A stretch of 61,619 bases of DNA, filler included, from Basidioascus undulatus (GCA_000826855.1; 12 parts of 12 records of this genome joined end to end with filler, not necessarily neighbours in it); one strand, 5' to 3'. Shown: positions 40,541 through 51,453, numbered from the whole stretch's first letter. The notes: generated by a model not told the origin, from the letters alone. A program made the numbers and translations.

Positions 40541-40906
40541 GGGCGGGGAGGGAGAGCGGCGGTGCGATGCGTTTCTTTTTGTCCGATTTGAACCCCTGTG
40601 CGGTTTTGTTTTGTACGCTTTGATATGTGGGGGTGCGGATTGCATTTGTTACGAATGGAATGCTGCATATAGAGTGTCGAGTGCTTGTTGTGGAAGAGAA
40701 GGCCTTGCAGCGATCGATGCGCGAGGACGAGCGGCGTGGTGACGCCATTTGGGCTTCGGACCTTGGGGCCTTGCCCCTTCATCTGCCTCACCTCGCTCGC
40801 TACTCCTTCCTTCCTTCATCAACACCCATCAACGAACTACACCACACCCATCACGACCAGCACCATTCTCCGCGCACTCTCCACCCTCTCCAGACCGCGA
40901 CACAGC

Positions 40907-41231
40907 ATGACCTCCTCCGCCGAAGCGCCCTGGAAGACGGCGCTCAAGGGCCTGCTCGAGAAGCACAAGGACGACAAAGATATATGTGCGTCTTCTATCC
41001 CTCCCCACTCACAAGGGGCCATCTAGAACTGATGGTGATGGGGCTTTGCAGCAAACGTATCGGTCGGCACGGTGGAGGACGAAAAGCCCCGCGTACGGTA
41101 TCAGGTCCACCGTGGCTTCGTCCCCGACGCGCGGGGGGGGGAGACGGACTTGCTGTTGAGCACGACGGACATCCGGATGCCGAAAGGTGTGCTCTTCCCT
41201 CCCCCTTCCCTCCTCCTCCTCCCCTTACCCC
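40907..41231 (+). CDS. pyridoxamine 5'-phosphate oxidase-like FMN-binding protein, 5' part
   Basis: APWKTAL...PRVRYQVHRGF...DLLLSTTDIRMPK. Confidence 0.8.
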
Positions 41232-41331
41232 NNNNNNNNNNNNNNNNNNNNNNNNNNNNNNNNNNNNNNNNNNNNTTAATTAATTAANNNNNNNNNNNNN
41301 NNNNNNNNNNNNNNNNNNNNNNNNNNNNNNN

Positions 41332-41440
41332 GTCGCCACGTTCGTCACGGCCATCCTCGGTATCGTGCCACTCGCGGCGCTCCTTTCGTTCGGCACGGAG
41401 GAGATCACGCTCAGGACGAGCGTGCCTGTGGGAGGCCTCA
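41332..41440 (+). pseudogene. Ca2+/H+ antiporter (VCX1-like) fragment with no recognisable continuation
   Basis: FVTAILGIVPLAALLSFGTEEITLRTSVPVGGL matches the CaCA family; similarity stops at ~41440. Confidence 0.55.
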
Positions 41441-41952
41441 GTGCTGCATCTCCAGCTTGCCTTCCCTCCTCTCTGCCTTCCTGGCCTCCTTCTGCTCCTC
41501 CAAGATATAAGCTGCCACTTCTCACACATTTTCTTTCCTGTATACCTGTGTCTGTTGTCTTATGTGAGTGCTCTGCTTCCCCCTCAAGACCTTACTACCC
41601 ACTGCTCTAATCCTACTTTGTTGACCAGCCCAACAGGCACCAACAGCAAGTTTACACTCCTGCCCTCTCTCCTGAAAACAGTCTCACGGTTTCCACTGAT
41701 GAAACATGTACTCTTATGTAAGTGAATGCGATTAAAATTGCTTTGTGCACTTGCATTACACAGTAATTTTTACCAGTCCAGCAGCACTTGCCCAGGGCCA
41801 CTGGCAGTTGAATCATTCATCGGACAAGAATTCTAATCTGGATTTTAGCTGTGTTCTTGAGGCCCAACCGGCAAGTCTGTTGTTCTCCTATGCTTTGGAG
41901 ACAGTCAACTTGTCGAAAGGACCTAGGGATTGAACACGCCTGCCTCAACATC

Positions 41953-42042
41953 GGCCTGATGGTCTAGTAGTATGATTTTCCCTTAGGGTTGGCTTGTCTA
42001 GCTGAATGGGAGAGGTCCCGGGTTCAATTCCCGGTTAGGCCC
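41953..42042 (+). tRNA. tRNA-Pro(AGG) with an 18-nt intron (41989-42006)
   Basis: Acceptor stem GGCCTGA/TTAGGCC, anticodon stem TTCCC/GGGAG, anticodon AGG 41985-41987, T arm CCGGG-TTCAATT-CCCGG, TTTTT terminator at 42043. Confidence 0.9.
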
Positions 42043-43058
42043 TTTTTGCAGCTTAAAACAAAACATCCTAATCCTTTTTTTTTTTCCCTTTTTGGGGCCT
42101 CGAGGTGACTGCTTGACAGTTGCACAAGCATTTTTGGTCGATGTTCTCATCATAGCTGGACCATGTGTGTGTGATGGGCAGTCATGCTGCAACCATCCCT
42201 GTTCTTATTGTTATGCTATCATGGGTTTACCTAAAAGCTGTGGTGTTTCTTGCTGCTACACAGTAATAACGACTTCCCTGCATCTCTTCGTCAAGCATGG
42301 AATAACTATCTGATGCTGTGGATTCTGTTTTGTGGCAGCTGGAGCATGTATGAATGCACTTGTCCTTGCTCCACAGTCGAGCAGAGCACGCCTGGCGATG
42401 GAGTTGCTTAGATGTATTGTGTTATGAGCGGATGCTCGAGAGCTTCCTTTTGAATCATTAAAAGTGATAGTTTGTCTGTTAGCTGCCCATATCATACAGT
42501 CCATCCTCTGCTGTCACAGGCTGTCACAGGCTGCCACAGGCTACTCCAAGCAACCACATAGCGTGGGCAAGTCTTGTGTCTAGCTGTATTCATACTAAGT
42601 CATCCTCGGAGCATCATGTATGTCCGAGTTACTTTTGAATGTTTAGGCTGGTATATCGAGTGCTTATGATGCGACTGTGAGAAGAGACGATATCCGAAGC
42701 GTCCACGTTGCTGAAAATACACGAAACACACACTTGTTGGCAGTGCAACATACTGATTTTAATAAGACAGGATTATCGTCAAGAATACACAAATCAATGA
42801 AAATGGACGAGTTTTCTGTACAAAAATGATCAATAATAACGATACATGGTACGCAACGCATGCTCAACCGTCTCCTATTAGCGACAGAGACTGGTTCAGC
42901 TCGCCTTAAACGGCCCCTGTCTGGGCTGTGCCCGGTCCCGGCCCCTAGAAGTCAGATGACGTCTGGACGAGCGCTCTGGCGAGTCGTCCCGAATCTGGCC
43001 TCTCTCTCCTGTTCTTGTTCTCGCTCTTGTCCATCACCAAACTGAAGCACAGCTTTCG

Positions 43059-43797
43059 ATGCCGTACCTCAACCTGACGACCAACGTGCCTGTGCGTGTC
43101 TTTCCCTCGCTCTCGTAGCGGGACGGTGAGCGAGCGAGCTGAGTCCTCCCGCATGCTATCGCGCCAGATCGAGGACGAGAAGGCGTTCACGCTCGAGTTC
43201 TCCAAGGTACCTTCTTCCTCACTCTCAGGCACCCAAACAGCCCCATAGCTAACCCCCTCCGTCCCCGAAGTTCGGCGCCGAGACTCTCTCCAAGCCCGAG
43301 TCATGTCCGCGCCCTCCCTTCTACCTCCTCCCCGCCTCTCACCAACTTCTCCCTTCTCCCCCCAGACATCTCCGTCTCCTACCTGTACAACCCGACCCTC
43401 ACCTTCGCGGGGTCCCATGACCCGGCCTTCCAGCTGCACATCACCTCCCTGGGCAACATCTCCCCCGAGGCGAACGAGCGGTACAGCCCCGCCTTTGCGC
43501 GGTTCTTGAAGGGCAAGCTGGGCGTGAGTTCGGATCGGGGGTACATGTGCGTGATTTTAGGCGTGTATGGCGTTGGAATCGGAAAGAGAGGGGGAAAGGA
43601 GACTGATCGGAGTGTGTGCGGGACAGCGAGTTCCATGACCCGGGCAGGGAAAACATCGGGTGAGTCTGCGTTGCAATGTCTCCAATCCTCCTTTTGCACA
43701 CTCCATATCCACAGACGAGTGACGATGCTGACTCAGCTCATTTTCCCGTCCCAGTTTCAAGGACACCACGTTCGCGACGATTTTCGGCAAGAAATAG
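43059..43797 (+). CDS. MIF/tautomerase-family protein, multi-exon
   Basis: MPYLNLTTNV (catalytic Pro1), LSKPE, LTFAGSHDPAF, SLGNI, LGVSSDRGY, FHDPGRENIGFKDTTFATIF. Confidence 0.9.
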
Positions 43798-44127
43798 ATG
43801 ATTCAGCCTCCGGACTCCGGACAAACATTGAACTATCGCTTTATCTGAAAAGCGAGACAATGGACATTGGAATGAACGCTGAATATGATGATGGTTGCAG
43901 TCTGGGTGTGCTTCGGCCTTCAAGCCTGTGTCGTGTGTGCTGCTGGCTTCAGTCGCTTTCTATCGCGAATCGAACGTGTTCTGCCTCAGATTCCCCAAAA
44001 TCAAACGGGCAGGCAGTCGAATCTTGAGCCTTTTGCCCGGCTCGCAGGCAATGAGCCACAGTCACCGCAGGCAGGCTAGCCCTTAAATCAACCAGGGTAT
44101 CATGCGAGCCGCCTCTCTGCTCTCCTC

Positions 44128-44642
44128 TCACGTACTCCCAGACCTCCCCCGTCCATCCTTCCTTCCGCTCCCCCACCCCCCAAGGACCGGGAACCTGCCC
44201 AGCGCCTTCGGCGGTAACGCGGGGGGTACATCTGCGTGATCCGCAGGCGGCGCCTCTGGCAGCGGCCTCTCCACCGCTCGTCCGCCCCCGCTGCCGCTCA
44301 CAGCCTCCTCGCTCGTCATGCGGCGCGGTAGGCGAGGGAGGGCGAGCGTGTGCGGATGGGAGTGCGAGTGCGAGAGCGAGTGTGAGTGGGCGAGGATGTC
44401 TTCCGACGTACGGCCGAGGTGGAATGGGCGGAGCGGGGCAGCGGCGGCGGTGGAGCGCAGGGCGGAGTTGCTCGCTGCCTTTCGGAGGGGGGAGCTGGAC
44501 ACAGAGCTCGGGAGCGGCGGCGGGAAGACGGGGTGCGGTGGCGTGGGGGAGTGCGAGGGTGCGGGGACGGTGGACGATACGTCTGAAGAGGCGGGAGATG
44601 TGGGCGGGGGTGTTTGGGACGGGGTAGAGAGGAACAGCGGGG
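44128..44642 (-). CDS. 3' end of an unidentified low-complexity protein
   Basis: Open frame from contig edge to stop at 44128; Pro/Ser/His rich. Confidence 0.5.
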
Positions 44643-44742
44643 NNNNNNNNNNNNNNNNNNNNNNNNNNNNNNNNNNNNNNNNNNNNTTAATTAATTAANN
44701 NNNNNNNNNNNNNNNNNNNNNNNNNNNNNNNNNNNNNNNNNN

Positions 44743-46375
44743 CCTGCCCCTCCGTGCCCCTGCCCGTCCCCGCGCCCGCGCCCGCGTCCGCCGGCGCAGC
44801 GGGCGCGACGGGCGCCGTAGCGGCCGAGGAGACTACGGCGGGGGAGGGCGAGCCGAGGCGCTGGCCGAGGCGCTGGCCGCCGCCGCCCGAAAACGCCTTG
44901 AATACCTTCGGCGGCGAGCGGTAGTCCTCCGTCGTGCGCTGCGCGACTTGCAGCGAGACGGGCTGGCCGAAGCGGACGCTCAGGAGCGAGAGGGGCGCGC
45001 GGCTTGTTGGGGTCGGAGGAATGAGAGGTGATTAGAATGTCTGAAAGAGTCGAGAAGAGGAAGTAAGAGATGCGTTACTTACCCGGCGTTCAGTGCCGCC
45101 AGCGTCTCTTGATGCTGCAAGATCCCGCGCACCCACGTCAGCTCCCACCACTGCCTGCCTACCCCACGCAACGAACGAAAAATGGAAGCCAACCCAAATT
45201 CGGACGCACCTCCTCGTACTTCATCAATGGCCCATCCTCGATCGAGAAACCGTCCCTCCAGAACGTCAAGTTCCGCACCGCGACCTCCTCCTCTTCCTCT
45301 TCCTCCTCCTCTGGCTGAGCCCCAGGGAAGCTCCCCGGCAGCGGCGCGGCCGCACTGGTTGGCGGTACGGCAGCGGGTGCGGGCGAGTCGTCTTCCGATC
45401 CGAGCCTGTTGCCCGCCCCGCCGAAGACGGAGGGACCCGTCGAGCGGGACGGACCGCTGGACGGAGGCGCGCGACCACCCCTGATAAGTGGGAGAGCGAG
45501 GAAGGGCAGTCAGAAATAGAACAGGTTTGGGATGCGGAAGGCGAACACGCACTCGGCTGCTTTGCGGAGGATGTCCGAGACGACTGTGTTCGGTGCGCCC
45601 TGGCCGGCTCTGGGTGGGCCTTGTACGGACAGACCGCTGTCGAGAGCCACGTCAGGTCAGAAGGATACCACGGACGGGAGCATAGCACACCTCCGCTCGC
45701 CGCCAGCATATAGATCCTGCGGGCCCTCTTCGTCATCCGAATCATCGTCGTCGCCGTGGGGGTGCCCATGTGGCGCGGCCGGACCACCCGACTTGAGGTC
45801 CCTGAGCGTAGCGATCTTGCGGCCCCCCGAGGCGCTACCAGAAGTCAGGCGCGTCTCTCCGTCAGCGACTGCTCCGACCATCTCACGCTCGGACCGGCTC
45901 ACTTGCTGCTGCCGCCGCCGCTCTCACTGCCCCACTGTCCGACCCTCCCGATCCTGCTTCCCGAGCTGTTGCGCACCCCACCGCTGGGGGTGCTCCGCCC
46001 GCTCGCGCTCGCGCTTCCTAGCCCGCCGGCACTGCCGCCCCAGCCCTCCGGAAGGAGCTCGGCGCGCTCGCCGCTAAGGGTGCGCGGGCCGCTGTAGCCC
46101 TCGTCGCTCGCGGCTGTGCCTTGGTTCTCGTAGTACGCTGATAGGGCGAGCTGGTGGGGAAATGTAGGTTTTGCGTGAGCGCGCTTCTAGTAAAGCTGGA
46201 GGCGGCAAGGACGCACCTCGAGGTCGCCGTTGGATGCTTCGATGAATTGGCGAGCCTCGTCGGCGGTCGCGGAGGTGATGCCGCTGAATTGAGCGATAGC
46301 TGCCGTCCGTTCGACCGTCAGTTATACGGCGCTACCAGTAAGATGCGCTTTGATTGCGGGCTCACCGTCGTCCAT
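44743..46375 (-). CDS. SHP1: Cdc48/p97 cofactor Shp1/p47 (UBA-SEP-SHP), UBX end missing
   Basis: UBA-like [40 protein letters not shown] domain [17 protein letters not shown]...[10 protein letters not shown] box FSGGGQRLG. Confidence 0.93.
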
Positions 46376-48149
46376 CGTGTCGTAGTCGTCGTTTGCTGTG
46401 GATGCAAGTTCCAGCGAACACGTTCAAAGGCAAGATGACGTACCTATCAGCGGGATCCAGGTCAACCGTAACACAAGCGGCGGGAGTGGGCTTTTCCCCC
46501 ATCAGCAACCGGCGCTATCTCCCTTTCATCACCTACAGTTTTAAAAAAAAAGTTTAAAAGCCAACATGTAATCTTCCCGCATGTATCGAGGGCGGGGGAG
46601 ACAGTGACCGCGACATTGGGAGGAGAGGACCTGCTGTTGTGCTTGCTCGCTCAAGACTGCTGGCATAGTTCCACCAGCTGGATTTGAGACTCATGATGTC
46701 GATGAATTCACGCCAGAGACGTCGTTTAAACGAATCTTGGAAGAATTATGACTCCAATATGTCGGCTGTGAGTAAGGTCGCTCTCGGAGTGGTTTCTTTC
46801 GCAGCCGGTAAGAGCCGCCCAGTTTCTAAGCTGTAGTACACTCGGGCCAGAGCAGAGAGTCACCAGATGTCACAGGATGTTCCCATGTGCAATGAAAAGT
46901 CTATACCAAACAAACCTTAATGAGTGCGCACGCGGGCTAGAAACATAGCAGAGCTCAGCTAGCTCTGCTGCAGCGCTCTGCTCGAATTGGACACTTTGGC
47001 TGGCTTCCAGCGTTGCTCCATCGCCTCTCAGGTGCTCCGGTAAATTGATTCAACTCATAAGGACAAGAGTTTTTCAATGGCGTCGCTTTAACTAGACAAG
47101 CAAGGGGGCAACGCTCGGCGCTCTTCTCGAGTCCACCAGCCGTGGAAAGTCGCCGTCAGAATGGGTACAAGGTTATCACCCCCGGGGATACAATGAAACA
47201 CTAACTATTGAGGAAACTTCATTAGAACTCTCACTAGCAGTGGTAGCAGTGGCAGCGCCTCCGTGCAGTGCAGGCAACTTGGTCCCACGAGGCTGCAATA
47301 TAGCCAACGCCTTCGGGTTGAAGGCTTGAACCGCCTCACTAATACTTCATTGCAGTAGAAATTCGTTTGAAATGGTCTCGTTCATGTAAGTAGTGCAGAA
47401 AAGCTCTCGCCAACCGCACCTTAGCTACCGCGACTTGCTTGCTGGAAGCTCGTCTGTGACGGCCTCACAGGTCTCCCTAGGCCATGATGAACCACATTAC
47501 CACCATTCGTGCACAGTTTAGATTTAAGTAGGATCTTAGAGCAACCGTAAACAATATCTGGCCTCGTGGTGAGCTTGAAGTTAACAGCGACGATTCGTGC
47601 GTCTTCAAATCTTCCTTCGCAGTCCTTCTCCAGCTTCCACCGGGCAATGCAGCCCGCCTTCGTCTCTGCCTTTCAGACTTCCCTGTCTTTAACCTCATCC
47701 TTTCTTACCTGCGCAACTTTCCTCTCCTCTACCTTTGCATTCACCTGCTGCTGTTCGCGTACGCCTCTTTGAGGCTCCTTGGGGTACCGTCACTCTGTGT
47801 TCTCGAGCTCGCGCAGCCCGCATGAAGTGCACATATAGGCCTGCGGAATGGATATTTACCGATTTACATGGGCGTACCTGTCATCGCGTTCAAGCCTACC
47901 AAGTTCACCGGCACAGTCTTGCACGGTTCTGCTGCAGCGAACTGCTCTCTGCTCCGGGGCAATTTGGTCTTTGCTCTACCACATGCCGAACATGGTCAGA
48001 CGACTAATATTAATGCTCTTTCTGACCAAGTCTTATTTTGACCCCCCCCNNNNNNNNNNNNNNNNNNNNNNNNNNNNNNNNNNNNNNNNNNNNTTAATTA
48101 ATTAANNNNNNNNNNNNNNNNNNNNNNNNNNNNNNNNNNNNNNNNNNNN

Positions 48150-48330
48150 CGGTGTACAGGTCCTTCATCCGCCCGCTCCTCGAGTATGCGGGCCCCATCG
48201 CATGGCTATGGGCAGGCAAGGTGCGGGAGCGCCAGCCCATGCTCGAGGACGCTCACAGGGTCTGGGTAGAAGCCGTGACATGGGTTATCGCAGGTCGGAC
48301 CGGACACAGGAAGCCAAGATCGCAGCGGCG
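48150..48330 (+). mobile_element. non-LTR (LINE-type) retrotransposon fragment, RT thumb region
   Basis: VYRSFIRPLLEYAGPI resembles the conserved LYxxxIRPxLEY motif C-terminal to LINE RT. Confidence 0.65.
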
Positions 48331-49764
48331 GTAACGTCTCTTTGCGGAGTACTGAGTTGCTATCAGATGCTGACGGCGGCCATCGTTTCTCGAGCGTTTC
48401 AGTGTGTACGTGCTTCCTGCCGAGTACTGACCTACAATTAGACGCTGACACTGGCCATCGCCTCTTGATCATCGCAGATCGTACGTGCCTCCCCGCCGAG
48501 TACTGACCTGCAATCAGAAGCTGACAGTGGCCATCGCCTCTTCATTATCTTAGCACGTACATGTCTCCCTGCCGCGTTCTAACCTGCAGTCAGATGCTGA
48601 CGCTGGCCATCACCTCTTGATCATCTCAGGTCGTACGTGTCTCTTTGCGAGTACTGACCTGCAATCAGATGCTGATAGTGGCCACTGCTTCTTGATCATC
48701 TCAGACTGTACGTGTTTCCCTGACGAGTACTGACCTGCAATCAGATGCTGACAATGGACATCCCCTCTTCATCATCTCAGGACGTACGTCTCTCCCTGCC
48801 GAGTACTGACCTGCAATCGGATGCATACGGCGGCCATTGATTCTTGATCATATCAGCTCGTATGTGTATCCCTGCCGAGTACTGAGCTGAAATCAGATGC
48901 TAACGGCGGCCATCGCCTCTTGATCATCTCAGAATGTACGTGTCTCTCTGCCTAGTACGGAGCGCAATCAGACGCTAACGGCGGTCACCTCTTGATCATC
49001 TCAGAATGTACGTGTCTCTCTGCCTAGTACGGAGCGCAATCAGACGCTGACATTCGCCGTCGCCTCTTGATCATCTTAGGCTGTACGTGTCTCCCTGACG
49101 AGCACTGACCTGCCATCAGCTGCTGACCGTGGCCGTCGCCTCTTGATCACCTCAGGAGGTATGTGTCTCCTTGCCGAGTACTTGACCTGCAATCAGATGC
49201 TGACGCCGGCCATAGCTTCTTGATTATCTCAGTTCGTACGTGTCTCCCTGTCGAGTACTGACCTACAATCAGAAGCTGACAGTAGCCATCGCCTTTGATA
49301 ATCTTAGGAGGTACGTGTCTCTCTCCCGAGTACTGACCTGGAGTCAGATGCTGACACTGGCCATCACCTCTTAATCATCTTAGGGTGTACGTGTCTCCCT
49401 GCCGACTCCTGACCTGCAATTAGACGCTGACACTGGACATCGCCTCGAGATCATCTCAGGTCGTACGTGCCTCCCCGCCGAGTACTGACCTGCAATCAGA
49501 AGCTGACAGTGGCCATCGCCCCTTGATCATCTTAGGGTGTACGTATCTCCCTTCCGATTACTGCTATTCAATCAAATGCTGACGGCGGCTATCGCTTCTT
49601 GATCATCTTAGCTCGTACGTGTCTTCCCGCCGAGTACTGAGCTGCAGTCAGATGCTGAACGCTGGCCATGACCTTCTGATATCTCAGCAGGTATGTGTCT
49701 CCCTGCCGCGTACTGAATTACAATGAGCTGCTGATGAACATAGCTACTACGTCCATGATCTCAA
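48331..49764 (+). repeat. tandem array of 19 intron-like units (~73 nt) separated by 18 variable 3-nt spacers (putative single-codon exons)
   Basis: Consensus GTACGTGTCTCCCTGCCGAGTACTGACCTGCAATCAGATGCTGAC-N4-GGCCATCGCCTCTTGATCATCTYAG plus NNN; period about 76 nt. Confidence 0.95.
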
Positions 49765-50848
49765 ACGGCCCTATGGCAGTGAACCGTTCCCGACAAAGCC
49801 CGTCGACATTTTTGTGCGAGTGCCAAGAACGCGTTGCAATAACTCTCACCTTTCGCCAAGCCAACTTCTTCTGTCACACTCCTTTCCGTTATAGTCCCTT
49901 TGTAATGCATCTTCACTGCCACTCGACTATACAGCCCCTTTTGGTAGCCTATAAAGAATGCCCCCTTGACCCCCCTTGTTCGCCATTCATTCTTGCAGTT
50001 CTACTTCTGCCCGAGTCGTCGCTCTCGCGCTTGCCTCGCAATACACTGAGTCGACCCCGATATCCCAGGATAAAATATGTTCAAAGGAAATGGAAGAACT
50101 GAGATAAAATGGGGAAAACAAGAGAACGCGTGAACACATTGACCAGTGGTGAGCTGCTGAGTGTAAGTTTACACTGACAAAACCAGGAGAGCGCGCGAGA
50201 GAAGCAGAAGAAGGGACAGAAATAAAAGATAGAGAGAGGGAAGTATGGGAATGGCACCTCTCCAGGATACAACAACTCCTGGTTAAGGAGAGACTTGCTG
50301 GCTAGATCCTCACCGTCTCTCAACTGCCTCAATGTCTTCGCAAAAGCCCCAGGCGGAAGAGGTGGCGCATGCATGTAAGATGCTTACATAGCGACTGGCG
50401 GAGCGCGCGAAGCGACAGCTACTATGGCAATCACCACCAATCAGAATTCATACGCTACTACGTGGCACATAGTGTAACGGTGCTGGAGTTCGATAGGTGG
50501 TTATTTGGCGCTTCAATGTTTATAGCTAGTTGTTTTGGCGCTCGAGGCCCTCTAGGGGCCACGAGACTTGTCGGGCAAACGTATAATCGATCGCGCGGGC
50601 GCCACTCCTGGTTCGCCACGACTTTCATGGCCGATAGCTAGACCTCGATAAATTGCATCGAAGTCTTTGTGTGTGCGAAAGTTGTCTGAGGCAACAGCCT
50701 TTCACCTAGGTTAAACCCCAGAGGTCTCTTTGTGCTTACGATTTCTTCCAAACCACCCACTATCTCCTCGTTGGCCTTCGCAAGCTGACTTTGGAATTTT
50801 CTGCTCCCACTTCTCCGCACCCCAGCTACGGCATTCTGCACCATGGCT

Positions 50849-51453
50849 CTAGTCATGTACGGTGTCGATGGCTCGACCGACCAAATCGCGATCAATGACT
50901 TTTTCAGCGACACCTTTGCCCTCGACCCATCTTACGCTGCAAAGTGGGCGGGAGACTGCAGGCGGAAGTACTCGCCCACGCGACCGGGACATGGGTTTTG
51001 TCTGAAGGGAGATGGTCCGTCTCGAGGGGGAGTAGAGTTCATCAGATGCATTAAAATACGACAAAACGGCTGTATTCGTCAACAAGGAGGGAAGCGTGAA
51101 GGATCAGACCCTGAATGTGGCCGCGCAGGAGCGAATACTGGCCTCTACATGGAGGTACCGGACTGGACTTCTGCCTTTCGAGTCCAGAGAGGCGTACTGG
51201 GGCAGGGACTGGCCCCTCCCTGCGCCAAGATCGAGGATCACTCGCGAACCACCCCGACCCGCTGCCGCTGAGTATATGACGCGCTTAAGCTCAGCGCACA
51301 CGGCCTCCGCTCTACCAATGGCGAGGGGGTCACCTTCCTCGCCCGCTGCGGACTGGAGCACCGCAAGGCAGGCGGCTGCATCGTTCGCAAGCGTCTTGTC
51401 AGGCCTATGGAACACCTCGAGCACCTCTACGCTGGGAAAGCCACTCCCACCCC
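50849..51453 (-). pseudogene. degraded viral-type mRNA capping enzyme / SAM methyltransferase fragment (putative endogenous viral element)
   Basis: RPDKTLAN followed by VILDLGAGRGQSL and YLHVE. Intronless; in-frame TGA at 51104-51106. Confidence 0.55.

Noticed and set aside
42511..42543. 10-bp tandem repeat CTGTCACAGG x3
   Set aside because: Ordinary short minisatellite with no further structure.
44852..44878. 12-nt duplication in the SHP1 SHP box (GQRLGQRLG)
   Set aside because: Small in-frame slippage with no evidence of functional novelty.
46600..47900. Possible decayed coding region on the - strand
   Set aside because: Many stops and no identifiable family.
48331..49764. CRISPR array interpretation of the repeat-spacer structure
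   Set aside because: Eukaryotic context, degenerate ~73-nt repeats, spacers of only 3 nt, no cas genes. Splice signals explain the conserved positions.
48331..49764. Array as an unspliced protein-coding repeat
   Set aside because: Period of ~76 nt is not a multiple of 3, units have indels and recurrent stops, and no long ORF spans the array on either strand.
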